Part shown: positions 1 to 11,645 of the stretch, in pieces
How positions within the stretch are numbered: the stretch's first letter is position 1
How the letters are laid out: every line of letters begins with the position of its first letter
Assembly (NCBI GenBank): GCA_963771465.1
Contig: CAVYTU010000015.1
Location: forward strand, 512,001 to 576,000
Origin: an uncultured delta proteobacterium
Lineage (GTDB): Bacteria; Desulfobacterota; Binatia; UBA9968
Direction: 5' to 3'
Length of the DNA: 64,000 nt
Notes under the pieces: generated by a model
Seen by the model: the letters and a program-made list of their open reading frames with translations, nothing else
What the model was told of the DNA's origin: nothing
The model's database searches: none
Translations under genes and position numbers: made by a program

Positions 1-1863
1 AATGACAGGCTGGTTGTGGATTCGGCGCTGAAGTCACGGGGCAGCAAACTGCCCTTGCCGCGCCAGGTTTGGTCGGCGGAATCAACGACGTTGCGCCAAT
101 GACCGCGCGGAATCGACACTGCCACCGAGGCTTGTGCCGCACTCAGATTGGCAATGAATAATGCACAGGCCTCTTCCCGCCAGCGCTGCACGATAATCAC
201 TCGCTCGGTTTCGCAGTCTGCCACATTTATGTCGCCGTCAGCCAGCGGAATTTGGACGCCGATCTTTTTCCTCAAACTGATCAGCTCACGGTAGAATTTC
301 ATCATCACAAGATGTTCGTCCGCGGTACGAATTTCATGTTTGAGCTCGGCGCGCAGAAAACGTCTTAGCGTCCTGGGGATCGGGTGGGTCGCCTTGCCAA
401 CCAAAAGCGGCCAACTCGGCGCGTCGTCCACGCCGGACCGCTTCAATAAGATCGGGATCTGAATGGCTTATGAAATAAGGAAATGGCGCCCTCTCGGCAT
501 ATTCCTCACCCATGAAGAGCAAGGGAATAAAGGGCGAGAGAAGAACCAAACCGGCGGCGAGTTTTAACGCCTCAAAAGAAACCGCTTCACTTAGCCGGTC
601 ACCGAACAGGCGATTGCCCACCTGGTCGTGATTCTGCGCGAACACGACAAAGCGGCTCGGGCGGGAGATCGCGTGACACAGCTGCCGTGGCGGCGCCGGC
701 GAAAGCGGGAATGCTCGCCGCAATAGGCAAAGCCCTCGCGATAGGCTTTGACGAACTGCGAGAATTCGCCATAATCCTCGTAATAGCCGGTGCGCTCGCC
801 GGTCAGGAGCGTGCGCAAACAATGATGAAAATCGTCATTCCAGAGAGCGTCCAAGCCGTAACCGCCGGCGTCGCGCGGCCGGATGAGACGGGAGTTGTTG
901 TCGGCGCTTTCAGCGATGAGAAAAATTCCGCGGTCGAGACGCTCAGCCGCATGATGAACTTCTGTGGCAAGTTCCTCGATAAAGGTAATCGGCGAGTGAT
1001 CGAGTATCGCGTGCACGGCATCGAGGCGCAGCGCATCGACGTGAAATTCAGTGATCCAATACAGTGCGTTCTGAATGAAGAAGTGCCTTACCTCATCGCT
1101 GTATGGTCCGTCGAAGTTGAGCGCCGGCCCCCAGGCTGTCTTGTAGCGTTCGGTAAAGTAGGGGCCGAAGTCGGCGAGATAATTTCCTTCGGGTCCCAGA
1201 TGGTTATAGACCACGTCGAGGATCACCGCGAGACCGCGGCGGTGACACGCGTTGATCAATCGCTTCAAGCCGCGCGGTCCGCCGTAGGAATTTTGCACGG
1301 CGAACGGATACACGCCGTCGTAGCCCCAGTTGCGGCTGCCGGGAAATTGGGCGACGGGCATAAGCTCGATGGCGGTGACGCCTAGCTGGACCAAATACTC
1401 GATGATAGGCAATGATCGCGTCAAAAGTGCCGGTCGGCGGGAACCTGCCGACGTGCAGCTCGTAGATAATATAATCCTTGAGCGGTGGACCGACCCAGCC
1501 CTTTTCGTCCCAACGAAAATTGCCATCGACCACCTGGGACGGACCATGAACGCCGTCCGGTTGAAAACGCGAGGCGGGATCGGGTCGCTGCTTATCCGCT
1601 GCCAATTGGTAGAAATAAAGCGCGCCATCATCGACGTTCTTGACCGTCGCTTCATGATACCCGCGCGCAGCCTTTTGCGCAGCGCGACGATGCGCTCGCC
1701 ATCGAGCAGGCGCAGATTGACTCGCTCCAGCGACGGCGCCCAGACGCGAAATCGGCAAGTATGATTTCCTAAATAAACGGCGCCGATGGATTCGTCATGG
1801 ATCGGGGATTTCGGCCCTTTCAGCCGCCGGCTTAGGCGCGCTGAGATCTTCCGAATGTTTCAT
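1..1863 (-). CDS. treZ: Malto-oligosyltrehalose trehalohydrolase (GH13); frameshifted, runs off the window start
   Basis: Pieces in successive frames: [72 protein letters not shown] (ORFs 1204-1758, 591-1655, 334-822). Start approximate. Confidence 0.9.
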
Positions 1864-3852
1864 TTTCCGCCACTCCCGAGTTGGCGCTGAGGGTCTTCGG
1901 TAGCCAACGAATCCCGGTTGTGAAGAAACAAGATCGACAGCGGCGGCAAAGTCAGAAAAAGCGAATGGCGTCTACTCAAGGAACGGAATCGGCGCGGCTT
2001 CCACCTCGCCCATATTGCCAACGCCGCTGCCGCCATATTCCTTGGCGTCGCTGTTTAAAAGTTCACGCCAAATCCCGCCACGCGGCGCGCCGACACGATA
2101 ATTGCTGCGCACCACCGGCGTGAAATTACACACCACTAACAACGTATCGTTGTCGCCACGCCCATGGCGCAGTAGGCTCACGACACTGGCGTCGGCGTCA
2201 TTACAATCGATCCATTCAAATCCTGCCGGATCGAAATCCACTTCATGGAGCGCCCGCGTTGCCGCGATAGAAGCGGTTGAGATCGGCGGCCCAGCGTTGC
2301 ATTCCGGCGTGGAGCGGCTGTTCCAACAGTTCCCATTCCAGACCTTGATCATGCTGTCCACTCTCGCCGTTGGCCGAACTCGCCGCCCATGAACAGCAGT
2401 TTTTTTCCCGGCTGCGCGTACATATAACCGAGCAGCAGTCGGAGATTGGCGAATTTTTGCCATTCATCGCCCGGCATTTTGTTTAACAGCGAGCGTTTGC
2501 CGTAAACCACTTCGTCGTGGGAAAGCGGCAGCACAAAGTTCTCGTGAAAAGCATAGACCATTCTGAATGTGAGTTGGTGATGATGAAACTTGCGATAGAT
2601 CGGGTCCTGGGAAAAATAGTCCAGCGTATCGTGCATCCAACCCATGTCCCATTTGAGACCGAAGCCCAGTCCGCCGCTGATAAATCGGCCGCGAAACCAG
2701 CGGCCAGGCAGTGGATTCCTCGGCGATCGTCTGCACGTCGGGATAGTTCTCGTAGACGGTCTTGTTGAACTGCTTGAGAAAATCGATCGCCTCGAGATTT
2801 TCTCGGCCGCCGTGACGGTTCGGCACCCATTCGCCGCTCCGGCGCGCATAGTCGAGGTAGAGCATCGATGCCACGGCATCGACGCGCAATCCATCGGCGT
2901 GGTAACGGTCGAGCCAAAAGAGCGCATTGCTGATCAGAAAGCTGCGCACTTCATGACGGCCATAATTAAAAACATAACTGTTCCACTCGGGCTGCACTCC
3001 TTGGCGCGGGTCGGCATGCTCGAAAACATGGGTGCCGTCGAAATAAGCGAGACCGTGCGCGTCAGCGGGAAAATGGGACGGCACCCAATCGAGGATGACA
3101 CCGATGTCGTTTTGATGCAGCGTGTCGATGAGAAACATCAGGTCCTGCGGCGTGCCGTAGTTGGCCGATGGCGCGAAGTAGCCGGTAATTTGATAGCCCC
3201 AGGAACCGAAGAAAGGATGGTCCATCAGCGGCAAAAATTCCACGTGAGTGAATCCCATGCGGCGCACATATTCGGCGAGTAGCGGCGCCATCTCGCGGTA
3301 GGAAAGCGAGCGGTTGCCTTCTGCGCCAATGCGCCGCCACGAGCCCAAATGCATTTCGTAGATCGACATGGGCGCAGCCAGCGTTTGGCGCGCTTTGCGT
3401 TGCGCCATCCAAGTATTGTCATCCCAGGAATAGTCCAAATCCCAGACGATCGATGCCGTCTTCGGCGGAATCTCGTTGAAGATGGAAAACGGATCCGCTT
3501 TCTCCACCCGATGGCCCATGGCGCGGGAATGGATGAAATATTTGTAGAGCGCGCCTTTGTCGACACCGGCAACAAAACCTTCCCAGATCCCCGAATTTCC
3601 GCGCGGATGAAGCCCATCGCTTTGCTCGTCCCAATGGTTAAAAGTGCCGGCCACGAAAACCTGCTCGGCATTGGGCGCCCAGACGGCGAAATAGGTTCCC
3701 TCGACTCCTTCGCGGACGAACCGGTGCGCACCAAATTTTTCGTACGCGCGCGCATAACTCCCTTGGTTGAACAGATACAGCTCTTCGTCGGTGAGGACGC
3801 CACTGCCGCACGTCCAACCGGTTTGCCTGCCGGTCGGTGGCGATATTGTCAC
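1832..3852 (-). CDS. glgB: 1,4-alpha-glucan branching enzyme; frameshifted
   Basis: [81 protein letters not shown] spread over several frames. Ends approximate. Confidence 0.92.
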
Positions 3853-4114
3853 CGAGATTGTTTGGCAATCTTCTGGAGCTCACGGCACGCTCATAACTCC
3901 GCCGAATACCAGTGAGACGTTTCGCTTCGACGGTTTTCCATGATTTTGTTGTCTCGCGAGTAGCGCGAACTTCTCAACTTTGTTACCCCGCCGCGCGCGG
4001 CACAAACGCGTATAATCTGGATTTCTAACGATGCATTTCAGTCGTCCATCGAGTCCGACAGTCGCGGCGACCCTTTAGCATCGATAATTCAAATCGAAGT
4101 AAACCAAGGAAAAC

Positions 4115-4129
4115 GCAAAAAAGATACCA
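4115..4129 (-). promoter_or_regulatory. Sigma-54 -24/-12 promoter upstream of glgB-treZ
   Basis: TGGTATCTTTTTTGC (GG-N10-GC); UAS-like TGTAGGCAAATTCCTTGC at 4224-4241. Confidence 0.65.
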
Positions 4130-4349
4130 CCGCCGATCGTGGTGCAAGTGGTTTAAATTAAAGGAAGCGGTTTGTGCTGGGGAAGCCCATCACTATGTGC
4201 GCGTAGCGGGTTTTTTCTGTCTTGCAAGGAATTTGCCTACAAACCTAAGTCGCTCTCATGGGCCATGATTCCAGATGCATTGTGTTCGCTACGGAACTAT
4301 CAGCGTGCCATTCGCTGAGTCAAAAAAATTTCAATCGTGGAATTCGGGT

Positions 4350-7125
4350 TCACGGTGGGTCGCTGGCGCGCGTCATCGTCGCTGCTGGCTTCACAGGGAA
4401 ATGGATTTTGAAAATCGTTCCTCGACCCGGCTCACTCGACACTTCAATTCTGCCGTTGTGAGATTTGACGATACGATCGCAGATCGGCAGTCCGAGTCCC
4501 AAGCCGCGTCGCTTCTTCGAGGTAAAAAACGGTTGAAAAATTCTCGGCAAAATCTCAGCGTCGATGCCGATCCCGGTATCGGCCACGGTAACGATGATTT
4601 GATTGGCGCCATTGACCGTCGCCCCAAGGGTGAGAATGCCACCCTTTGGCATCGCATCCACAGCATTCAAGGAAAGATTCAACAACACCTGTTGCACCTG
4701 CTGCGGGTCCGCGTAAATTCGCGGCAATTGCCCATCGATATTGAGCGCCGTTTCGACGTGGTTTTTTGCCGCGTGCGTCTGCACCAAATCGACCGTCTTC
4801 TGAACAATCTGCTCGATATCGGTCGGCACAAAATCAGCGTCTTTCGGACGCCCGAATTCGAGAAGTTCTTGCACCAGTATTTCGCAGCGCTTGGCCTCTT
4901 CGGCAATGATCTGAACATGATGATAATCCGCGTCGGCGGGATCCATGTTGGCGAGCAACGCTTGGGCGAAACCCAAAATAATTCCCAAAGGATTGTTAAA
5001 CTCATGGGCCATGGACGCGGTCAGCTCGCCGACCGCCACGAGTCGGCCTGAGGCGAGCAGTTGTAGCTCTAGTTCCTGCGCCTGATTGCGCAGGTGCTCT
5101 TCGCTCTGACGCAGCGCCGCTTCCGCCCGCATACGCTCGACGAACTGGCCGATCTCGCCGCCGATCGCTTGTACCACCTTCAAGAGTTCCTCATCCGGTT
5201 CCCGAAACGCCGTGCTGAAAAACTCGATAACCCCGAGTACCTCGTTGCGCATGTGGATGGGAAAAGCGAAAGCACTTTGCAGGCTCTCAGTCACGGGAAA
5301 GGAAAGCTCTAAGCGTGTCGGCATCTTTCTTAACATCCGCGATCCAGATGGATTGCTCGCCGGCCCAAACGCGGCCGGGAAGCCCCACACCACGGGCCAG
5401 CGGGGGACATGCATTACAGCCGGCAAAATGTTTCGACGGACTTTGCCAAGTATCCATGCACTCGATCATCTGGCTACTTTTATTGACCATCCAGAGCGCG
5501 CCGAGCTCCCAATTGAGTCCCTCACCCATCACTTTCAGGATTCTGCTCCACGCCGCTTCCAGCGTTTCCGATTCGGCCAGCGCCAACGTCACCGCGTGTT
5601 CGGTCGACAGCCGCCGAGCAAATTGTTTCCGGCCAGTAACGTCGCGAATGCACTCCAACAAAATTCGCTCGCCGGCCCGGTCATAGATTAACTTGAATCG
5701 ACTCTCCACCTCGAGAACTTGACCGTGCCTGGTTCGCTGTTTCAATTCGCCGGTCCATTCTCCCCGCTCCAGCAACACCGCCTGTAAATTTGTCCAGCCA
5801 TCGGGAAATTCCGTGGCGAGCAGACCTTGGCTTGAACGACCGATAGCCTCCTCCTGCGAGTAACCGTAGAGTTCCTCCGCGCCGCGGTTCCAGTAAACAA
5901 TCCGGCCGTCGAGCTCTCTCGCAAAAATCGCTTCGTTTGCCAGATTCAAAAGATCGGCCTGGCGTTGTAAGAATGATTCTTGTTTGCGCAAAGCGGCTTC
6001 GACTCGGTCCCGTTCATTTCTACGATCGCTCAACAGTTTGCCGGCACGTTCCATCTCCTGCGCCAGTCCTTCCAGTTCCGCGATGTGCGAAGTCGCGGCA
6101 AGCGAGATCGGTTCGCCCCGCCCCAGATCATGGGCGGCGCGCGATAAGGCTTCGATGGAACGGGCAACCTGGCGCGCGAAGATCAACGCGACGCCGAGGC
6201 CGAAGATCAAAAGAAATAAACCGCCGCCGCCCACCATCGCCAGCGAACGGTATAAAATGGCGTTCACCTCCGAGCTCGGCACCGTCACGGCAACATACCA
6301 ACCCGACCGCTGCGAGCGGCTGACGGCGGCAAATGAGCGCCGACCGCCTTCGGCGACACCATCGATGAATTGTTCCGACGCCTGGAGATTGACCTGTTCG
6401 AGCAAACCCCCGATGGGTTTGCCAACCCGATTTGCCGCGTCGAGAGTTATGGCGACGATATTTTTTTTACTATCGAACAACGTGCCGAGCCACTCACGCG
6501 GCAATTTTTGTTTAGTCAAAATTTCCGTGAAAATCCCAGGCTCGATCGCCGCGGTGAGAACGTAAATGATGGTCTGTTCACGCACCACCGGAACATGAAT
6601 ATTAATGCCGCTCTCGCCTGAAGTCGAAACAGGAAAATCGCTGATCACGGGCTGACGCGTGCGCAACACTCCGTTCAGGCTCTCGCTATTTATGCCGCCC
6701 GAATCCTCGGAGAGGGGTTTGGCGATGTTCGTTAGCCGTCGGCCGCGCGGATCGAATAACGACACGCTTTTCCAACTGTTCTGGGTGCGGAGGAAGCGTC
6801 CTGCAACGACGCGGAATTCTTGCACGGCGCCAAAATCCAAGGGTTCGGAAGTAGCGAGCGCCGTAAGATTCGTTACAGAAGACTCGATTTCCTGGTCGAT
6901 GGCGAGCGCCAAAGCGCGGGCGGTATCTTTGAGTCCGCGCTGCCGGTCGGCTTGCTCCTGGCGCGCAAAGAGAACCATCATGAAGACTGAAAAGCAAAGC
7001 AGTGGAACTAGCCCTGCGATGATCAATCTAATCAGATATGAATTGAGCGTCGTGGGACGGCGGAAAAACCAGCCGATCAGGGAGGAGTCGGAACTACCGG
7101 CAACAGTCTCCATGCTTTCAGCCAT
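4350..7125 (-). CDS. Membrane sensor histidine kinase (Cache-like, HAMP, PAS, GAF, HisKA, HATPase; NtrB-like); one frameshift near 5300
   Basis: Two TM helices, PAS (YWNRGAEELYGY), GAF (GLPGRVW...AFAFPI), H-box AHEFNNPL, N-box LNLSLNAVDAM, G-boxes DTGIG and GLGLGL; ORFs 5287-7125 and 4350-5426. Confidence 0.88.
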
Positions 7126-7364
7126 TGCCTAAGACTCAGGTCGACTGGAATATCGTATCATACATAAGCTCGACATCACTGAAACAGTGCAATTAACGCG
7201 CGACTGGGTCACTTTCAAGACAGCCTTCGCTCTCAAAGAGAATTTGATGGCACGCCGAAACGATATTACTAAATTCTACGAGGCGCGGCGAGACCGTAGT
7301 CCCGATAAACACCGCGAGCGGATAGAAAATTCCATCGACGCGGCAAAAGCGAGATTCTTTGTTA

Positions 7365-8201
7365 TCAATAGTTTCGACCCGGAAGAACACTCAATTTTTC
7401 CTCCCCCGCAGCGGTCCACTGAGCGGCTTGCTCGGCGGTCAGTGGACCGCGCGGCAGTTGCCGGCCATCTTCGTATCCCCAACTCTCCACGTCGTCGCGA
7501 TACTGGGTGCGCGATAGCAGCGTGCCCCGGCAAACTCGATTTCGAGAGAGTGGCTCGTCTTTTTCCTTCTGTAGCTGGTCCAGCAGCGATTCCATTACCG
7601 GCGTAGGGACTAGGGATCGGTCTGACTGATATATGAAACCGAATAACACGAGGTGGCTGAGAAGCACCCGCCAGTGCGGTCCGAAACGTTCCAACAGCCG
7701 TGGCCAGTCGAGCCGGGTCGCGCAAGCATGGATGAGATGGGCGACATCGGCGCCGTCATAGCGCTCCCGCTCCATGACAAACGCCTTGGCCCAAATCATT
7801 TCTTCAGGTGGGCAAAACATTACCGGAATGTCGAACACTTGTCCCGTCACCGCATGTTCGAACCAACCATCGTCGACTGTGCAGACACCGTTTCCCGAAC
7901 TGAAAATAAGGTCGATAAAGTCTCGGTGGTAATAGATCTTGCCGAGCCAATGCGGATAGCATAGCTCCGTCTTGTAGTGCTTGTCGGCGAGTGTTTTTAG
8001 GGTAATCTCGACGTCCGCTGGCCGCACGAAGAGATCCATATCTTTCGTCTTGCGACTGCTTCCCGAGTACACCGCAAAGGCGTGGCCGCCGCCGACCAAG
8101 AAACTAATCTTCGCTGCATTGAGCGTCTCAAGTACATCACGATAGAATATTTTCTGGTTGAACGTTCTTATGGAAAATAATCCAGCAGCTTTACTGTTCA
8201 T
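7365..8201 (-). CDS. Pol-beta-superfamily nucleotidyltransferase
   Basis: FLVGGGHAF...RKTKDMDLFV (GG...DxD), third Asp in FIDLIF, ERERYDGADV. Confidence 0.85.
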   Translation of the reverse strand: MNSKAAGLFSIRTFNQKIFYRDVLETLNAAKISFLVGGGHAFAVYSGSSRKTKDMDLFVRPADVEITLKTLADKHYKTELCYPHWLGKIYYHRDFIDLIFSSGNGVCTVDDGWFEHAVTGQVFDIPVMFCPPEEMIWAKAFVMERERYDGADVAHLIHACATRLDWPRLLERFGPHWRVLLSHLVLFGFIYQSDRSLVPTPVMESLLDQLQKEKDEPLSRNRVCRGTLLSRTQYRDDVESWGYEDGRQLPRGPLTAEQAAQWTAAGEEKLSVLPGRNY

Positions 8202-8211
8202 TTCTCGGCTC

Positions 8212-8931
8212 CTAAGACTCCGGGATTTCCATAATTCGAAACGCTGGGCGATCCGGAAAGACCCGTTGTAAGAGTTTCATGGCGACATTGTAGACGGGCA
8301 CATCGGTTTTCGTGCGTCCCTCCGGAGCGCCGTGATGCGCGTGGCCGTGAAAGACGGCGGTTACCGGATAACGATTAAGCGGTTCCTCAAGTCGGCTCGA
8401 ACCCAGGAACGGAAAGATCTCCGCGGGTTCGCCGATGACCGTGGCCTCGATCGGCGAATAGTGAAGCAAAACAATCCGCTTATCCGAGCGCAGCCGTGCC
8501 AGGGCAGATTCGAGCTTTAGTGCCTCATCGATCGCTTCGTGGACAAAACGTTTGATCGTTTCCTCGCCCCAGGGACCGAGCGCCCGCTCGCCAAAGCCAC
8601 CGGCAAACCCTTTGACGCCGACAAAGCCGACCCCATCAACCTCACGCGCGTCACCGTCCAGAAGCATGGCACCGGCATCCGAAAAAATCCTTTTGACTTC
8701 GTCCTGTTTGCCGGACTCAAATTCATGATTCCCGAGCACCGCCAGGACGGGGATTTTCAGGCTGCTTATTTCCTTTGCCAGAACTATCGCTTCCTCGGGC
8801 AGACCGTAATCGATAAGATCGCCACATAGCAACAGCACGTCGGCGCTCTGAGCGATTTGCATAAATAGCGGACGCAACATGTCATGCGATGTTTTGTTGC
8901 AATGAATGTCCGCGAGCGCCGCGACACGCAT
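8212..8931 (-). CDS. Calcineurin-like (Icc-type) metallophosphoesterase
   Basis: DIH, CGDL, LGNHE, LLHYSP, HGHAH metal motifs. Confidence 0.9.
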   Translation of the reverse strand: MRVAALADIHCNKTSHDMLRPLFMQIAQSADVLLLCGDLIDYGLPEEAIVLAKEISSLKIPVLAVLGNHEFESGKQDEVKRIFSDAGAMLLDGDAREVDGVGFVGVKGFAGGFGERALGPWGEETIKRFVHEAIDEALKLESALARLRSDKRIVLLHYSPIEATVIGEPAEIFPFLGSSRLEEPLNRYPVTAVFHGHAHHGAPEGRTKTDVPVYNVAMKLLQRVFPDRPAFRIMEIPES

Positions 8932-9142
8932 GTTTTTCTCCCGGTATTTTCTTGTCGGACCTCGATAGATCTGGCATGGCGTAAGGCAGTCCCATGATAA
9001 TCAGTTTTCTCATGAGTTCTGCTTCATCTTAGGATATTGTGAAAGATAGGTCGCCGGGTTGGCTAAGGCATTGCGATGGGTTAAGACTTCTTTCTTTCGT
9101 CTTCGACTTTTTAAGAACTTTTTGGCGTAGATCCGGGTTATT

Positions 9143-9282
9143 ATTATCGCGGCGATTCTTGTCGCAGCCGTTCATTTTCTGCTGCTTGCCCCGAGGCCTA
9201 AGCCGAAGAGCCCGCCAGTGCAGGCTCAACTAGCCAGGACCACAAACACCAGTACCAAACCGAATATATGTTTTTTATTCAT
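9143..9282 (-). pseudogene. Degraded glycine-zipper lipoprotein remnant
   Basis: Reads MNKKHIFGLVLVFVVLAS*ACTGGLFGLGLGAS, then AAENERLRQE in a shifted frame; resembles 18250-18606. Confidence 0.45.
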
Positions 9283-9406
9283 TTCATCTTCTCCTGACTA
9301 ACGCGCTCTAGCTCCGGCAACGCCGATTTTTCCAATCTCAACGGTGCGCAATCGTTGAATCAATCTGCCAGCCCGTTGAAGCTATGCGTCGCAATTCGTG
9401 GCTACC

Positions 9407-9421
9407 GCAAGGCGTATGCCA
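9407..9421 (-). promoter_or_regulatory. Sigma-54 promoter
   Basis: TGGCATACGCCTTGC; UAS-like TGTCTGTAAAAATCCTCCA at 9492-9510. Confidence 0.8.
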
Positions 9422-9585
9422 GTAGTCTTCGCTGATCGGCTGGTTGGTAATGGTAGGAATTCACATTATCGGCTCATTAGACTTGAGCCGTTGGAGGATT
9501 TTTACAGACAACTAGAAAGTGATTTCCCTCTCTTTGGAACGATTTGAGCCGCCAACCGCTTCAATCGTCTCGCAGTTCCCGGCGC

Positions 9586-9975
9586 TCACGTTGTGCTGTG
9601 TAGTGGGCCGTGAGCATGGGCCGCAATCAGGTCCAGCAAGTTGTTTTCGGAAAACGGTTTGCGCAGGACGCGGGTATGGTGAACTGTATTTTCCACTTCC
9701 AGCTCTGAGCGGTAACGGTCCGGGTCGCCGGTCATATAAATCGTTGCAATCTCAGGCTCGTGAATTCGTATGCGCTCGACTAACTCGATGCCGGTTTCCT
9801 CGCCCATGGAAATATCCGTGAGCACGAGATCCGGTCGAAACCGGAGATAAGTCAGATATCCTGCGGCGACGCTTTCGGCGCTGCGGACTTCGTAACCTTC
9901 ATTGCCCAGCCTTTCCCCAATCAGAAAACTCAGATTGTCATCGTCATCTACGACTAAGACTTTGAACAGTTTCAT
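9586..9975 (-). CDS. Stand-alone response regulator receiver
   Basis: KVLVVDDD, DLVLTD, IYMTG, LRKPF. Confidence 0.85.
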   Translation of the reverse strand: MKLFKVLVVDDDDNLSFLIGERLGNEGYEVRSAESVAAGYLTYLRFRPDLVLTDISMGEETGIELVERIRIHEPEIATIYMTGDPDRYRSELEVENTVHHTRVLRKPFSENNLLDLIAAHAHGPLHSTT

Positions 9976-10033
9976 AATCGTTACTCCTTCAATGACGGAC
10001 AGACCTGTCTGAATATTCACGCTATTTATTCAA

Positions 10034-10318
10034 TCAGATTTCTTGGAAACAGTACCTTGGCACGCTTGATCGCTTCCTCCGCTTCATAATGGGGCTCCAT
10101 TCCAAGATCCTTAACGCTCGCCAATGGGCCTTGTCGACGCAAAGTTTTGCGCCGTGGCCGACCAAGGCCGAAACCTTCGATCGGTCGGTCAGCAACGGCG
10201 TGCGTTTGTGAAAAGTAATTTCATCAATGCCGAACGCTTCGCGGAAATTTGCTAACAGACCGATCAACGGTTCGCCGATGGTGCCGGTACCTACAACGTG
10301 CACAATGTTTTTATGCAT
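10034..10318 (-). pseudogene. N-terminal Rossmann fragment of a GAPDH-like oxidoreductase; truncated and frameshifted
   Basis: VHVVGTGTIGEPLIG (GxGxxG); only about 95 codons, no catalytic domain follows. Confidence 0.6.
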
Positions 10319-10432
10319 AAGTATCCTTTGGTGTCGTTGTTTGCATAGTTCGCATCGACGCGCTTTGCTTGACCTGCGCGCAGGGCATGAATAAATCGTG
10401 GTCGAGACCCAACCGGCGGCCGGCGCCAACGT

Positions 10433-10831
10433 TTACGATTTCGCCTTTTCATCTTCGATTAGTTTAAGAACCTTTTCACGTAATCGATCATTGCCATTGA
10501 CGGTTTTATAGAGCGCGGCATAACGTTCCATGGTCAAACCTTCCCGTTCGAGCACCGAACCGAACTTTGCCACCGCCTCTTGCTGTATCCTGGTCTTTTC
10601 CTCCGGCGTCTTTGCGACGCTCACCTGGGGCTCGTAAATCGTCCTCATTTTAAGAAACTCCACGTAGGATTTCGCAAAGGCCTGCAATTCTTGGTCGCTA
10701 ACTTCTGACGACGCGCCGGGAGACTGTTGAGCCGGCGCTTGGGTCTGAGCACAAACGGCCCCAACCGATAGCGGGAGCGAAACCCCAAGCGTCAAGCCAA
10801 GCACCAGAGAATTTGTAAACTGTTTTTTCAT
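10433..10831 (-). CDS. Secreted DUF4168-like helical protein
   Basis: Signal peptide; SDQELQAFAKSY...IQQEA...EGLTMERY pattern. Confidence 0.75.
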   Translation of the reverse strand: MKKQFTNSLVLGLTLGVSLPLSVGAVCAQTQAPAQQSPGASSEVSDQELQAFAKSYVEFLKMRTIYEPQVSVAKTPEEKTRIQQEAVAKFGSVLEREGLTMERYAALYKTVNGNDRLREKVLKLIEDEKAKS

Positions 10832-10911
10832 CGCACCTCCACTTGATTAAAAAGTAAACCGAACCATCTCGATTCCACACAAGACGGTTCGGTTCCCGTT
10901 TGAGAATTCGA

Positions 10912-10926
10912 GCAACGGCTATGCCA
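10912..10926 (-). promoter_or_regulatory. Sigma-54 promoter
   Basis: TGGCATAGCCGTTGC, about 80 bp upstream of the start at 10831. Confidence 0.8.
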
Positions 10927-11145
10927 ACCGGGCACGCGCGTCGGTTTCTTGATTTGAAGGTATTTTGAGCAAAAACTGCGCGGCAAATTAGCTGGACTTA
11001 CAGGTGCAATTCATACACCCCAAGAAGAGTTTCCCTTCAGCCCGAACACCGAGTGGGAAGTGATGGCGTGGGTCGAATGAGACGTGAGCCTGGAGTAGTG
11101 AAGAAAGCAACACGGCGGTTGGAGAATCAGGTTATCTGCCGATTA

Positions 11146-11645
11146 CATAATCGTGATGCCTCCTGTTGGTAGCGCCGATGCAAACGCTTTATAATTCGTG
11201 TTTGAGCAAGAAACTGTCCGCTAATCCTCGGCGCTTAATGTCACGGCGAAATCAACCCCGAAAGAATTGAGAATTAGAAACGTGTAAACACGTATCGCGG
11301 TGCGAGTCGCGATTGCACTGGCTTTGCGAACTTCTCGCGCCACGGCGGAGGTTACCTGCTCGACTTTTTCCAGGTCGTTGTTGTAGTGCACCCACAATTG
11401 AACGAGAATCGTCGAGTCAGTATCCCCCGTGTGAAAATTGACAATGTTGTTCTGCACAAGCTTGCTGTTTCTGCGTGTTACGCCAGCCGATGCGCTCCAC
11501 GTAACCTTCTTCCTGTCGAAAGTTTTACGAAATGGCCGACCTGCAGCGGGCGGTCGGCTTTAATGTATAACCCGGCAAAGAGATTGCCCAGCGTGTCTTG
11601 AAGCGCGATCGCGACCGCTAAACTGCCGATCTCTAGCGTAGTCAC
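11146..11645 (-). pseudogene. MscS mechanosensitive channel remnant
   Basis: GSLAVAIALQDTLGNLFAG, DRPLQVGHFVKL, VHYNNDLEKVE, KRLHRRYQQE in broken frames; N-terminus and internal parts missing. Confidence 0.7.

Noticed and set aside
687-5051. Long plus-strand ORFs (687-1385, 2644-3282, 4275-5051) and similar antisense ORFs elsewhere
   Set aside because: They are shadow frames opposite well-supported genes and have no motifs of their own.
1-7125. Frameshifts in treZ, glgB and the kinase (also actB, actC, actF, katE and App1) as programmed frameshifting or true pseudogenes
   Set aside because: All motifs and full lengths are retained, and the breaks look like scattered single-base indels with no common slippery site. 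Long-read consensus error is the simplest explanation, but reads are needed to confirm it.
9226-9228. In-frame TGA as selenocysteine or recoding
   Set aside because: The ORF is also frameshifted and shortened, no SECIS-like hairpin is evident, and other genes use TGA as a stop.
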